Source: Bacillota bacterium
GTDB taxonomy: Bacteria; Bacillota; JAAYKD01
Reading direction: 5' to 3'
DNA: 64,000 bases
Assembly (NCBI GenBank): GCA_963666425.2
Contig: OY762825.2
Location: 1,216,001-1,280,000 of the forward strand
Part shown: positions 10,722 through 19,994 of the stretch, piece by piece
How positions within the stretch are numbered: position 1 is the first letter of the stretch
Layout: each line of letters opens with the position of its first letter
Translations under genes and position numbers: made by a program
The notes under the pieces: model-generated
Told to the model about the DNA's origin: nothing
Database searches by the model: none
What the model saw: the letters and a program-made list of their open reading frames with translations, nothing else

Positions 10722-10793
10722 GCTGCGATCCCCTTTACCCATTGATTTGCTTCCTGACCTTTATTATACGCGCACAATTAGACAGGAGTCAAG

Positions 10794-12149
10794 TCAATGT
10801 TTTTCCTGCCAAAGACGATCAGCTGCCGGCTGCCAATTGGCTGCCGCCTTTTTACATTTTGCACAGAGATCATCCACATCTTCTTTTTCTGCCGTATCGG
10901 TGGAAACCGCATTCGTCGCATGCACCATTTCTGCTAAAGCGCCGCAATTGTCAAGCAATGGACAAGGCTGCAGCATATTCTTGTTGAAGGGCTGATGGGC
11001 TCTATATTGCATAAACAGCGGCGATTGATAAGCCTGCAGCAGCGTTTTCTCGTGAATATTGGCATCGCTGTAATGAATAAAAGCACACGGTTCGATATCA
11101 CCGTTGGCGCTGATATGCAAATAAGCGCGGCCTGCTGCAATACAGCCATCCACATATTCGCCGTCATTCCAAAAATCAATGGTAAAAATCGGTTTGCTGT
11201 TGCGGAATTCCCGCAATTGATGATACATAAACGCGCGCTGTTCAGCACTGGCCATCAATTCTACCGGTGAACCGACACCAACCGGCATAAAGGTAAAGAA
11301 CCACGCGAATTTAGCACCTTGTTCGATCAAAAAATTAAAATACGCTTCACTGCCGATGATGTTTGTATTTTGGCTGGTATAACAGCAGGACACGCCAAAA
11401 GGAAGTTTCTTTGCCTTTAAAAGCTGCATTGCCTGCAATACCTTTAGAAAAGTCCCTGCTCCACGGCGTGCGTCCGTCTCGGCTTCAAAGCCTTCGATGC
11501 TGATGGCAGGTATAAAATTTTTGACGCGCAGCATTTCATCTGCAAAAGCCTCATCGATCAAAGTCGCATTTGTGAAAGCCAAAAATTGACAATCCGGATG
11601 CGCTTCGCAAAGACGTATAATATCCAGCTTGCGTACCAATGGTTCCCCGCCGGAATAGATATACATATAGGTCCCCAGAGCCGTTCCCTGCCGGATGATA
11701 TCATCCAGCGTCGCATAATCCATCTGCAGCTTATCGCCATATTCCGCTGCCCAACAACCGATACACTGCAGATTACAGGCAGAAGTGGGGTCCATTAAAA
11801 TTGCCCAGGGAATATTACATTGATATTTCTCCCTGTTTTTTTGCTGCCGCTGACCTCCGATGGCTGTGGCATTGATAATGAAATTTTCGAATATTCTCTT
11901 TCTGACTTCATTGTCAATATCACTCCATAAACTCTTCATCAACCGGTACCAATTACCGTCTGGATGCTCCAACACACTGCGCATCGCTTTCCGTTGACCA
12001 AGCATTGTATCATTATGGTCAAAAAGATCAACCCAATGCATTAACTTAGGAAATGCCTGATCCGGATCTTCATTCAGATAATTGAGTGCTGTCTTCAGTG
12101 CGATTCCTTCTATATTTTCTTTCATTGTTTTTTCAGTCATACTACTCAC
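10794..12149 (-). CDS. Radical SAM protein with C-terminal SPASM/Twitch-like domain
   Basis: CxxxCxxC (CNLQCIGC), SGGEPL, GCIAAG...GDIEPC. Confidence 0.92.
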   Translation of the reverse strand: MSSMTEKTMKENIEGIALKTALNYLNEDPDQAFPKLMHWVDLFDHNDTMLGQRKAMRSVLEHPDGNWYRLMKSLWSDIDNEVRKRIFENFIINATAIGGQRQQKNREKYQCNIPWAILMDPTSACNLQCIGCWAAEYGDKLQMDYATLDDIIRQGTALGTYMYIYSGGEPLVRKLDIIRLCEAHPDCQFLAFTNATLIDEAFADEMLRVKNFIPAISIEGFEAETDARRGAGTFLKVLQAMQLLKAKKLPFGVSCCYTSQNTNIIGSEAYFNFLIEQGAKFAWFFTFMPVGVGSPVELMASAEQRAFMYHQLREFRNSKPIFTIDFWNDGEYVDGCIAAGRAYLHISANGDIEPCAFIHYSDANIHEKTLLQAYQSPLFMQYRAHQPFNKNMLQPCPLLDNCGALAEMVHATNAVSTDTAEKEDVDDLCAKCKKAAANWQPAADRLWQEKH

Positions 12150-12194
12150 TCTCTTTCTTTTCTGTTTTTAGGCTAATCAATCGTTAACGTCTGC

Positions 12195-13064
12195 TCAGAT
12201 CACCTCCCAAAAAAATAAAGCAACGCAGCCAGGACCAACATGACTGCCAATAACCGGACCAATCTCTCCAATCACAACCTTGGCGTCAGGATAAACAGAC
12301 TCAATCGTTCTTTTTAGGTAATCTGCTTTTTCCGGAGCCGCTGCATGACAAATCAACACTGTCTGAGGCTGATCGGCAGTTGATAATACCTGCATCATTT
12401 GAAACAGAACTTTCAAAGCTGGCTTACTGCCGCGAACCTTTCGATCGAGAACAAGCTTCCCCTGCAAATCGACTTTCAGCACCGGCTTGATATCCAGCAG
12501 ATTCCCTGTTAAAGCGTTGGAGACAGAAAGCCTGCCGCTTCGCTGTAAATAAATCAGGTCATCTACCACAAACCAATGCTTCATATACCTTTTATTATGT
12601 TCCAACCATTGCGCCGTTTCGTGCAATGACCAGCCTGCCTCTTTCTTTTCAGCCGCCTGAAGTGCAAGCATAGCCTCACCGCCAGAAGCTGCTTTTGTAT
12701 CCAGCACATAGATATTGCATCCTGGATACTGTATTGTCAGGTGTTCTGCCGCCCGAACAGCTGCAAGATAGGTACCACTCATTCCAGAAGAAAATGTCAG
12801 AAGAAGAACATCTTCTCCGGCACGCAAATAGGGAGTTAACGCAGTGATGTACTGATATTCGTTGATTTGTGCCGTCATTGCTTTCTTCCCTGCCAGCATA
12901 CCGACGTAGAATTCCGCAGATGACTGAACATTCTCCTTTGCACCCCATGTATAAGGAACCTCGCCGAGCATGTATTGCATAGGAAGAACAGTAATATTCC
13001 ATTTTTCCTGCCATTGAATTGGCAAATCGGCCGTGGCATCGATAATAATACGATATTTTCTCAC
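12195..13064 (-). CDS. degV: DegV family fatty-acid-binding protein (FakB-like)
   Basis: DATADLP, TAQ, SSGMSGTY, LQRSGRLS, IKPVL, GPVIGSHVGPG. Confidence 0.93.
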   Translation of the reverse strand: MRKYRIIIDATADLPIQWQEKWNITVLPMQYMLGEVPYTWGAKENVQSSAEFYVGMLAGKKAMTAQINEYQYITALTPYLRAGEDVLLLTFSSGMSGTYLAAVRAAEHLTIQYPGCNIYVLDTKAASGGEAMLALQAAEKKEAGWSLHETAQWLEHNKRYMKHWFVVDDLIYLQRSGRLSVSNALTGNLLDIKPVLKVDLQGKLVLDRKVRGSKPALKVLFQMMQVLSTADQPQTVLICHAAAPEKADYLKRTIESVYPDAKVVIGEIGPVIGSHVGPGCVALFFWEVI

Positions 13065-13210
13065 TACCCATCACCTTTCCATTCTTTCATTCAACCGATC
13101 CAACGGTGATTTCCGCTCTCCGGTTTTTCAGAATAAAACAAATTTTCTTGAGCTTTCATACAAGACTTATTTTGACCTTAGCATAGATTCAGAGACAATC
13201 ATTATTTTGA

Positions 13211-13226
13211 TTAAGCGTCCAGTTAA
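13211..13226. promoter_or_regulatory. Putative TetR operator (degenerate copy)
   Basis: TTAAGCGTCCAGTTAA, 2 mismatches to palindrome TTAACCG-N2-CGGTTAA. Confidence 0.6.
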
Positions 13227-13310
13227 TAAATCGTACTGTTTGTGTTTTCTGCTTTCTTAGAAAGAACAGTTACCCTAGGATTCAATCAGCGTTACGACAA
13301 AGAAAATTGG

Positions 13311-13326
13311 TTAAACGTCCGGTTAA
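13311..13326. promoter_or_regulatory. Putative TetR operator
   Basis: TTAAACGTCCGGTTAA followed by CTAAATG, the same flank as the tetR-promoter copy. Confidence 0.72.
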
Positions 13327-13381
13327 CTAAATGGCAAAATTTTTTTTGATTGCACCGATATTTCTGGAATAAGATGATTCT

Positions 13382-14122
13382 TTATACCAATTTGGCTGTG
13401 AAGGATAACAGAATATCCGATCCGACCACAAACGACGGCAGAAGCGTCTTTACTGAACGAATGAAATGATCGCGGATACCGTTTTCCGGGATGCCGAAAA
13501 TATCATTGAAATCATCCGCATAAACTGCGTAGCTGATCAGCGGCTGTAAGAAGAAAAAGAAATTGAAAACAGTAATTTCTACGGGAAAAGCGAAATCCGC
13601 ATCAGCAGCTTTGATTTCTTGAAACAGCGGATTGCTTTCATTCCCCTTGATTAGTTCAGTAAAGCGAAACAAATCATTGTGATGTTTACCGGTTTTCAAC
13701 GATTCTAAAAAAAGGATTTTCACTAACTGCTTGCGCTCAAGGATAAAATCAATTGCGCTCTCATAAAAATGATGCGTATGCTGCAGAAAGTATTTTGCTG
13801 CCTCTTCGTTGACAAAATGAAAACGATCCGGCAAGATATCGAGCATACCATCGGCAATCATGCTGAGAATATGATCCTGAATGAAATTCATCGACAAGGA
13901 TTTCGATTCTTCAAATAACTGCTCCAACATCGTATCCAGGATCGCTTCTTTGTTTGCAAAGTAGTAATAAATCAAAGCTTTATTGACGCTGGCTTTCTTA
14001 GAGATTTCACTGATGCTGGTAGCATCAAAACCTTTTTCTGCAAAAAGCGTTTGCGTCGCTTGAAGAATACGATCTTTTGCTTCATTGAATGTAAGATGAT
14101 TCGCTTCGTTGTTATTATTCAT
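13382..14122 (-). CDS. TetR/AcrR family transcriptional regulator
   Basis: RILQATQTLFAEKGFDATSISEISKKASVNKALIYYYFANKE helix-turn-helix. Confidence 0.95.
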   Translation of the reverse strand: MNNNNEANHLTFNEAKDRILQATQTLFAEKGFDATSISEISKKASVNKALIYYYFANKEAILDTMLEQLFEESKSLSMNFIQDHILSMIADGMLDILPDRFHFVNEEAAKYFLQHTHHFYESAIDFILERKQLVKILFLESLKTGKHHNDLFRFTELIKGNESNPLFQEIKAADADFAFPVEITVFNFFFFLQPLISYAVYADDFNDIFGIPENGIRDHFIRSVKTLLPSFVVGSDILLSFTAKLV

Positions 14123-14178
14123 GCCATTTCTCCTCTTGCTTCACGTTCTTCTGAAAACCCAAGGGAGCGATCATTTAG

Positions 14179-14226
14179 TTAACCGTTCGGTTAAAACATT
14201 ATAGCAAGCAAGCCGAATCTTGTCAA
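14179..14226 (-). promoter_or_regulatory. tetR promoter with palindromic operator immediately downstream of the -10
   Basis: Minus strand TTGACA-17-TATAAT followed by perfect palindrome TTAACCGAACGGTTAA (14179-14194). Confidence 0.82.
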
Positions 14227-14274
14227 GAAGATTCGGCTTTTTTTTACTGCGGTGTGTTTTTCGGCAACAACGCT

Positions 14275-15081
14275 TTACTCCGTCTTGCGCCCAATATACA
14301 TCAGATGCTCCGCCATACCCAGGAATTCTTCGCGTTCGCAGAGTTGATGCGCCAGTTCCAACCATTTGCGAATGACTGCCTCCGGCAAATCTTTTAATGT
14401 GAGTTCATTGGCGGCAAGAATGCCCTCCTGTGCAAAGAAATGCAATTGCTGCAGTGGAAACTGCGCCATAAAAGGTGCAATTTCGGCAATGGTGTAAAAA
14501 TAAGCCTCCGTAAAGGCATTGCCTGTATAAGGCAGATTTTGTCTGACACAATCAAGATAATACTCTTCTTCCGGTTTGAGGATTAACTCCGGTGTAAATT
14601 TCAGGAAATCAACAATTCCGGAATACAGCTGGATAAATGATACATAGAGCTTACCGCCTGGCTTCAGACAGCGCAGCGCTGCCTCGACAGCTTGGATGCG
14701 ATCCTCTTTCTGCGGCAAGTGATAGAGCGGTCCCATCAACAAGACATGATCGAAACTGCCCTGCAGCAAGCGGTCGGCGTATCTGGCATCTCCGGCTAAG
14801 GTAGTGAGATTCAAGCTTTGAGCTGCTGCTAATTGCTGTGCAAACTTCACATTTTCCGCCGAAAGATCAACCAGCGTTACCTGACAGCCTTTTTTAGCAT
14901 AATAAAGCGCATAACGGCCGGGACCTCCGCCGATATCAAGTACACTCTCACCCGGTTTGATGTATTGATCCAACATTCGAATGGTCAGCGCAAATTCGAA
15001 TGGATGCCTCTCCAGACGGTTCCACTCCGCTTCAACATGTTCATCATAATATTGTTGGACTTTTTTCACGATGTCACTCAT
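14275..15081 (-). CDS. Class I SAM-dependent methyltransferase
   Basis: VLDIGGGPGRY, VDLS, LLMGPLYHL, LKPGG; start ATG 15081 after a GGGGA RBS. Confidence 0.9.
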   Translation of the reverse strand: MSDIVKKVQQYYDEHVEAEWNRLERHPFEFALTIRMLDQYIKPGESVLDIGGGPGRYALYYAKKGCQVTLVDLSAENVKFAQQLAAAQSLNLTTLAGDARYADRLLQGSFDHVLLMGPLYHLPQKEDRIQAVEAALRCLKPGGKLYVSFIQLYSGIVDFLKFTPELILKPEEEYYLDCVRQNLPYTGNAFTEAYFYTIAEIAPFMAQFPLQQLHFFAQEGILAANELTLKDLPEAVIRKWLELAHQLCEREEFLGMAEHLMYIGRKTE

Positions 15082-15134
15082 TCGCCTATCCCCTTTCGCT
15101 TGACTTTCTGTTTTTGATCTTTCTCGTTCATACC

Positions 15135-15575
15135 TTACAAGATAACTTTGTAACGGCACATCTTGGTTCCGTTCCGACGCAGGTCATGTCCCTCAGGTAA
15201 TTCAAAAATCTCCTGCAATTGGGCACCGAGCCGCAGACAGGTTTTCCGCGAGACGGTATTTTCCGGCCGGCAGGTGATGATCAGGCTTTCCATCTGATGT
15301 TGACGCGCCAACTGCAGCAACAGCAAACAGGCTTTTCCGGCATAATGATGTCCCCGCCAGGCCGGATAGATGGTAAAACTCAAGTTTCCATCGATTGCGG
15401 TCTTGCAATTTGTACCAATCCGCAGATCGCAGCGTCCCAGTTCCACATCATCACTGCAGCGCCGTATCTTAAAATAGTAAGTCGGCAGGTTCCCTGTTAA
15501 TTCCTCTGCCTCGACGGCAGCCTGCAGCTGCAAATAGATTTCCTCATCTTTCAAATTGATCGTGCCATCTAGCAT
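15135..15575 (-). CDS. GNAT family N-acetyltransferase
   Basis: WRGHHYAGKA acetyl-CoA motif, ITCRPENTVSRKTCLRLGA. Confidence 0.88.
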   Translation of the reverse strand: MLDGTINLKDEEIYLQLQAAVEAEELTGNLPTYYFKIRRCSDDVELGRCDLRIGTNCKTAIDGNLSFTIYPAWRGHHYAGKACLLLLQLARQHQMESLIITCRPENTVSRKTCLRLGAQLQEIFELPEGHDLRRNGTKMCRYKVIL

Positions 15576-15622
15576 CTTTTCACCTCGCCTTGCACCCGAG
15601 TGTATCCGGTCATTCAGCAGAT

Positions 15623-16462
15623 TTACAATGGTTTTGCCGCGATCACGCAGAGCGTTCGACTGCTGCCTGTAAAAACAGCGCCAGCCACGTCATCATAGAA
15701 ACGAAAAGCGACAAAGCCATTTTCATACAGCTCCGCACCAAGGGTATCCCGATCGAACAAACAATCCCAAACATGATAGAGTCGGCTGTCAGCGGCTGTA
15801 ATCACCAAATATTGCGTCAGATAAGCATGGAGCGCTTTATAAGCAAATTCACGCTGGAGCAAAACATAGGGTTCATCCCGCCAGAAGCCTTTGTCTGCAT
15901 AGGATACCTGCGTGCTTTCCTGGAATCCTTCCTTCTGCAATTCTGTAAAGACATCAAGCACGAATAGACCGCCCGGTTTCAAAGCCCGCCAAACCTCGCG
16001 GCAGACCAAGGCGCGATCTGTTGGATTTAAAGCCGCATAATCACAGTAGATCAGGCTGACCAGATCGAATTGATTCTCAAATGGCAGCTGCCGATAATCA
16101 CAGCAAAGATAATCAATCTTCCTGCCGGCAGCGGCAGCGGATTTTTTTGCATAGGCAATGGAACCTTCTGAAAAATCAACAGCGGTAACCACAAAACCCA
16201 GATCATCAAATAATTCGGCATATAAACCGGGTCCGCAGCCAAGATCGAGCAGCTGCTTGCCTGCCGCCTCGCCGACAATTGTGGCAATCCATTGCGCAGA
16301 CCGACGCATAAACATGAGATTCCTGGAGGCCGCGTCGACCGCCGGCGCCAGATGTGCCTGCAGCATTTGCTGATGCAGATAAGGTTCCGTCCAAATGTTC
16401 CCTTCTGCGGGGGTATAGGGCAGCGGTTTTTCTTTTAAACTGGCCAGTATGGCTTCATACAT
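15623..16462 (-). CDS. Class I SAM-dependent methyltransferase
   Basis: LLDLGCGPGLYA, VDFS, LIYCDY, LKPGG. Confidence 0.9.
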   Translation of the reverse strand: MYEAILASLKEKPLPYTPAEGNIWTEPYLHQQMLQAHLAPAVDAASRNLMFMRRSAQWIATIVGEAAGKQLLDLGCGPGLYAELFDDLGFVVTAVDFSEGSIAYAKKSAAAAGRKIDYLCCDYRQLPFENQFDLVSLIYCDYAALNPTDRALVCREVWRALKPGGLFVLDVFTELQKEGFQESTQVSYADKGFWRDEPYVLLQREFAYKALHAYLTQYLVITAADSRLYHVWDCLFDRDTLGAELYENGFVAFRFYDDVAGAVFTGSSRTLCVIAAKPL

Positions 16463-16961
16463 TAAGCGTTACCTCGTCATCGCTGCCTTGTCTTGGCATC
16501 GCGTCAGCCCAGAGTTTGACCAAGGCGATCGGATGCTGAATGGCGGCGGCTGTTTTTTCGATGGTATAACCTTCCCCCAGATAACGCTGGGCAATCACCA
16601 TCATGGATTCACCGATTTCGATCATATGAAAATCGGGGTCATAGATGCGCACCACGCGTTGCTGCCAGGGATACTTCTTTTCCGGATGCACAAAAACAAT
16701 TTCATCGTCTGATTTTAAACGCCGCAGAAAGGCATCGAAATCGGCTACTTCAAAATAGAGCTCCATATTATGACTTTTCTGAATGACAGAGTTAGCCGGG
16801 ATATTGGTCAATTCGGCGAAATCCTGCTGAATGCCAAAACCACCGCTGAAAGTCACATTTTTACCTAAATCTAGTACCACTTTCTGCTCAAACAATTCGC
16901 CGTAAAATTTCTTGGATACTTCCACATCCCGGACAGCCAGTAAAGCGATTTTAAATTCCAT
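16455..16961 (-). CDS. Glyoxalase/bleomycin-resistance (VOC) family protein
   Basis: AVRDVEVSKKFY, ELYFE, PWQQRVVRIYDPDFHMIEIGE. Confidence 0.88.
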   Translation of the reverse strand: MEFKIALLAVRDVEVSKKFYGELFEQKVVLDLGKNVTFSGGFGIQQDFAELTNIPANSVIQKSHNMELYFEVADFDAFLRRLKSDDEIVFVHPEKKYPWQQRVVRIYDPDFHMIEIGESMMVIAQRYLGEGYTIEKTAAAIQHPIALVKLWADAMPRQGSDDEVTLNV

Positions 16962-17027
16962 GTCGTTTCTCCTTTTTCGCTTGTCCAAACTAATTTCAAG
17001 GACAATGGTATGTTCTTTCTCCCGCTA

Positions 17028-17648
17028 TCAAACCTTCGCTGCATTCCTCCAGCAATCATAGAAAACAATTTCTTCGAGTGCTTTGGTCTGTTTTGCTTTG
17101 GGTGGTTCATCCGCATAACCAACCGGCAGCAGGAACAAACAGCTGATCGTATCCGGCAGCCCTAAGATGCGATTCGCCGCTTCCACATCCAGATAACCAA
17201 TAAAACAGGCAGATAAACCATTTGCCACCGCCGTCAGGAAAATATGCTCGGCCGGTATCAGCGGGGTGGCGTTTTGAAACAGCGTCGTGCGGGCTTTGCG
17301 ATCAGGATAAGTGCAGAGATATTTCAGGAAGTCCTGATTGAAGCGAAGTTGATTGACCTGCCAGGCAAAATCGTCTTCCGGTTGCTCCGCCAGATCCCAA
17401 CTTAAATCGGCGCAGCAGGCGAATACCAGCGGCGCAGTGCCAATCCAGGTTTGCTCTCCTGCCGCCTGGGCCAGTTTTACTTTTGTTTCCGGATCCTGAA
17501 TGACTCCAAACCAATAAGACTGACTGTTGCCGCCGGAAGGCGACAACCTTGCCGCTTCCAGCATCTCCGCCAGTACTTCTTTTGGCACCGGCTTATCTTG
17601 AAACTTCCGCGCCGATCTGCGCGTCTCGATTACTTGTTTTAGTTCCAT
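17028..17648 (-). CDS. Nitroreductase family protein
   Basis: RRSARKF, ARLSPSGGNSQ, GLSACFIG, LPVGYAD. Confidence 0.92.
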   Translation of the reverse strand: MELKQVIETRRSARKFQDKPVPKEVLAEMLEAARLSPSGGNSQSYWFGVIQDPETKVKLAQAAGEQTWIGTAPLVFACCADLSWDLAEQPEDDFAWQVNQLRFNQDFLKYLCTYPDRKARTTLFQNATPLIPAEHIFLTAVANGLSACFIGYLDVEAANRILGLPDTISCLFLLPVGYADEPPKAKQTKALEEIVFYDCWRNAAKV

Positions 17649-17740
17649 TTTAACACAATCCTTTCCTTTATTACAAGATCTTCATTTTTTATGATTTTCT
17701 TTCAATGCGCAGTGCGATTTTTCTCCCTGGGGTGACAGCA

Positions 17741-17772
17741 TAAAAAAAAGCCATGGGAAACTTCCCACAGCT
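17741..17772 (-). terminator. Leader (attenuator) terminator upstream of the nitroreductase cassette
   Basis: Minus strand gctgtgggaagtttcccatggc followed by T8. Confidence 0.8.
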
Positions 17773-17808
17773 TGCGTTTTTAATCAAGATTACCTGTGGA
17801 AAGCAAAA

Positions 17809-17910
17809 TCAAAACCAAACCAGGCAGAAGAAAACCAGACCATTTCGTGCAACAGTCGATGTTCTTTCTGTAGTTATGATTTTCATTCTCTGTTCCACGT
17901 TCGCACCCAT
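17809..17910 (-). CDS. Putative leader peptide (uORF) MGANVEQRMKIITTERTSTVARNGLVFFCLVWF
   Basis: Short ORF ending just before the anti-terminator word TTCCACAG; alternative start at ATG 17886. Confidence 0.35.
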   Translation of the reverse strand: MGANVEQRMKIITTERTSTVARNGLVFFCLVWF

Positions 17911-18026
17911 ATTACCGATTCTGTAATATCAAGTGTGCCGGATTGCCATCACTCCTCGATGCTTTATGCTATCACATGCCCAAGATAGCATGAAAAAATC
18001 AGATTGTCAACGGTGAATTTGAACTT

Positions 18027-19211
18027 TCATTTTTTTAAAGCACGAAGCAATTCTTGCAGCACTTCGGTGCAATCCGCGATCAGGCCATAATGGCTGATTG
18101 CAAAAATCGGCGCCTGCGGATCGTTGTTCACGGCAATGATGCATTCGCTGCGGCTGATCCCCGCCAAGTGCTGAATCGCGCCGGAAACACCAAAACTCAG
18201 CATCAGCTTTGGCGCCACGGTGAAACCCGTTTGCCCTACCTGATGCGCATACTCCGCCCAACCCGCATCAACCAGCGGGCGGGAAACACCGACCGCTGCA
18301 CCCAGCAGCTCTGCCAGTTCGTAGATCAATTTCATGTTTTTCGCATTACCGATCCCGCGTCCGGCTACCACCATGATTTCCGCTTCGGCAATGGAAGCAG
18401 CGGCTGCGGCCGGTTCCGTTTGCAGCAGCTGCAGCGTTTGCGGCAAAGCTTGGGGGGCGGAACAGACAATTACTTCTCCCGAACGCTGAAAATCCAAACA
18501 CGGCAATGCCAGAATACCGGGACGCACCGTTGCCATCTGCGGTCTATGGTTCGGACAGATAATCGTCGCCAGTAAATTGCCGCCAAAGGCTGGTCTGGTT
18601 TGCTGCAGAAGGCCGCTGACCGGGTCGATTTCCAAGACGGTGCAGTCGGCCGTTAAGCCGGTGCGTTGCCTGGCTGCGACGCGGGGAGCCACCGAACGTC
18701 CAAAATCTGTTGCCCCAAAAAGGACCACTTCCGGCCGATATTCTCTTATCAAATCACATATCATCGTATAGAAAGCAGGTTCCAGTTGTTCGGCGAACCG
18801 CTGATCCTGGCAAAGATAAACCAGATCGGCGCCTGCTGCGATCAATTGCCTGGCCTGGCTTGCCATTTCGTCCTGCCCCAACAGAACAGCACCCAAACGG
18901 CAGCCGCGCAGTTTGGCAAGCTCGCTGGCTTTGCCCAACAATTCAAAACTGACCGGCAGCAATTCGCCTGACTGGCTGCGCTCGCAGACCACCCAGATAT
19001 CTTGATATGCCGTTAAATCAAATACCAGACTTTCTTCTTTTACGATGCTGAGCGCGTTTTTGGGACAGCTCTGCAGACAGATACCGCACAAAGTACAACC
19101 TTCTCCTAACACTGCTTTGCGATTCTGCAGCGTCAGCGCCGCGGCGGCGCAGCTCTTGCAGCATAAGCCGCAGCCAATACAGAGATCCCGATCAATCCTC
19201 AATCCAGTCAT
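18027..19211 (-). CDS. etfA: Electron transfer flavoprotein alpha subunit with N-terminal 2x[4Fe-4S] ferredoxin domain
   Basis: CIGCGLCCKSC and CTLCGICLQSCP, TGLTADCT, QVGQTG, GVSGAIQHLAG. Confidence 0.93.
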   Translation of the reverse strand: MTGLRIDRDLCIGCGLCCKSCAAAALTLQNRKAVLGEGCTLCGICLQSCPKNALSIVKEESLVFDLTAYQDIWVVCERSQSGELLPVSFELLGKASELAKLRGCRLGAVLLGQDEMASQARQLIAAGADLVYLCQDQRFAEQLEPAFYTMICDLIREYRPEVVLFGATDFGRSVAPRVAARQRTGLTADCTVLEIDPVSGLLQQTRPAFGGNLLATIICPNHRPQMATVRPGILALPCLDFQRSGEVIVCSAPQALPQTLQLLQTEPAAAAASIAEAEIMVVAGRGIGNAKNMKLIYELAELLGAAVGVSRPLVDAGWAEYAHQVGQTGFTVAPKLMLSFGVSGAIQHLAGISRSECIIAVNNDPQAPIFAISHYGLIADCTEVLQELLRALKK

Positions 19212-19994
19212 CTATTTCAGTTCCTCCCTGATCCGCGCAGCCAAAGCCTGCACCTGTTCTGTGAAGTCGCCCGCAAAGAAGACGCACGCATTGTCTCGCT
19301 GCGGTACACCGGTGCGCACCACCTGAGTGGGTGAGCCGTTTAAGCCGCAGCGGCTGACATCTGCCTGCAAAGCCGCCGCATCCAGCGATTGGAACGGAGC
19401 GGTTTCACCAAATTCCACTCCACTGATATTGGGTAGCCGCGGTTGATTGATATCCTTAGCAATGGTCAGCAAAGCCGGCAGCCTGATCTGCAGCAATTGA
19501 CGCTGACCGTCCAGGCTGCGGCGCACCGTCATTTCCTGCGGTTTGATCTCGATGATTTTCTCCACATTGGTCAGGTGTGGAATCCCCAGGTGTTCCGCCA
19601 ATTCCGGTCCGATCTGTGCCGTATCGCCATCGATGGCCATGCGTCCGCAGAGGATCAAATCAAAATCGCCCAATTGTCGGACGCCCAGACTCAAAGCATA
19701 AGAAGTGGCCAAGGTATCGGCACCGGCAAAAGCACGGTCGGATAAGAGCAAGGCCCGATCGGCACCGCGGCTCATTGCATCCCGCAGCAAGCGTTCCGTT
19801 GCCGGAATGCCCATGCTGATCACGCTGATTTCACCGCCCAGCTGTTCTTTGATCTCAATAGCTTGTTCCAGCGCATAAGCATCGAAGGGATTGATTACCG
19901 ATTGATTGCCGTCGCGCAGAATTGTTTTCGTGACCGGATCGAGCCGCACTTCATTGGAAGAAGGTACTTGTTTGATACAAACGACGATTTTCAT
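19212..19994 (-). CDS. etfB: Electron transfer flavoprotein beta subunit
   Basis: VCIKQVP, INPFD, AGADTLATS, G..AIDGDTAQIGP, GSPTQV. Confidence 0.95.
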   Translation of the reverse strand: MKIVVCIKQVPSSNEVRLDPVTKTILRDGNQSVINPFDAYALEQAIEIKEQLGGEISVISMGIPATERLLRDAMSRGADRALLLSDRAFAGADTLATSYALSLGVRQLGDFDLILCGRMAIDGDTAQIGPELAEHLGIPHLTNVEKIIEIKPQEMTVRRSLDGQRQLLQIRLPALLTIAKDINQPRLPNISGVEFGETAPFQSLDAAALQADVSRCGLNGSPTQVVRTGVPQRDNACVFFAGDFTEQVQALAARIREELK

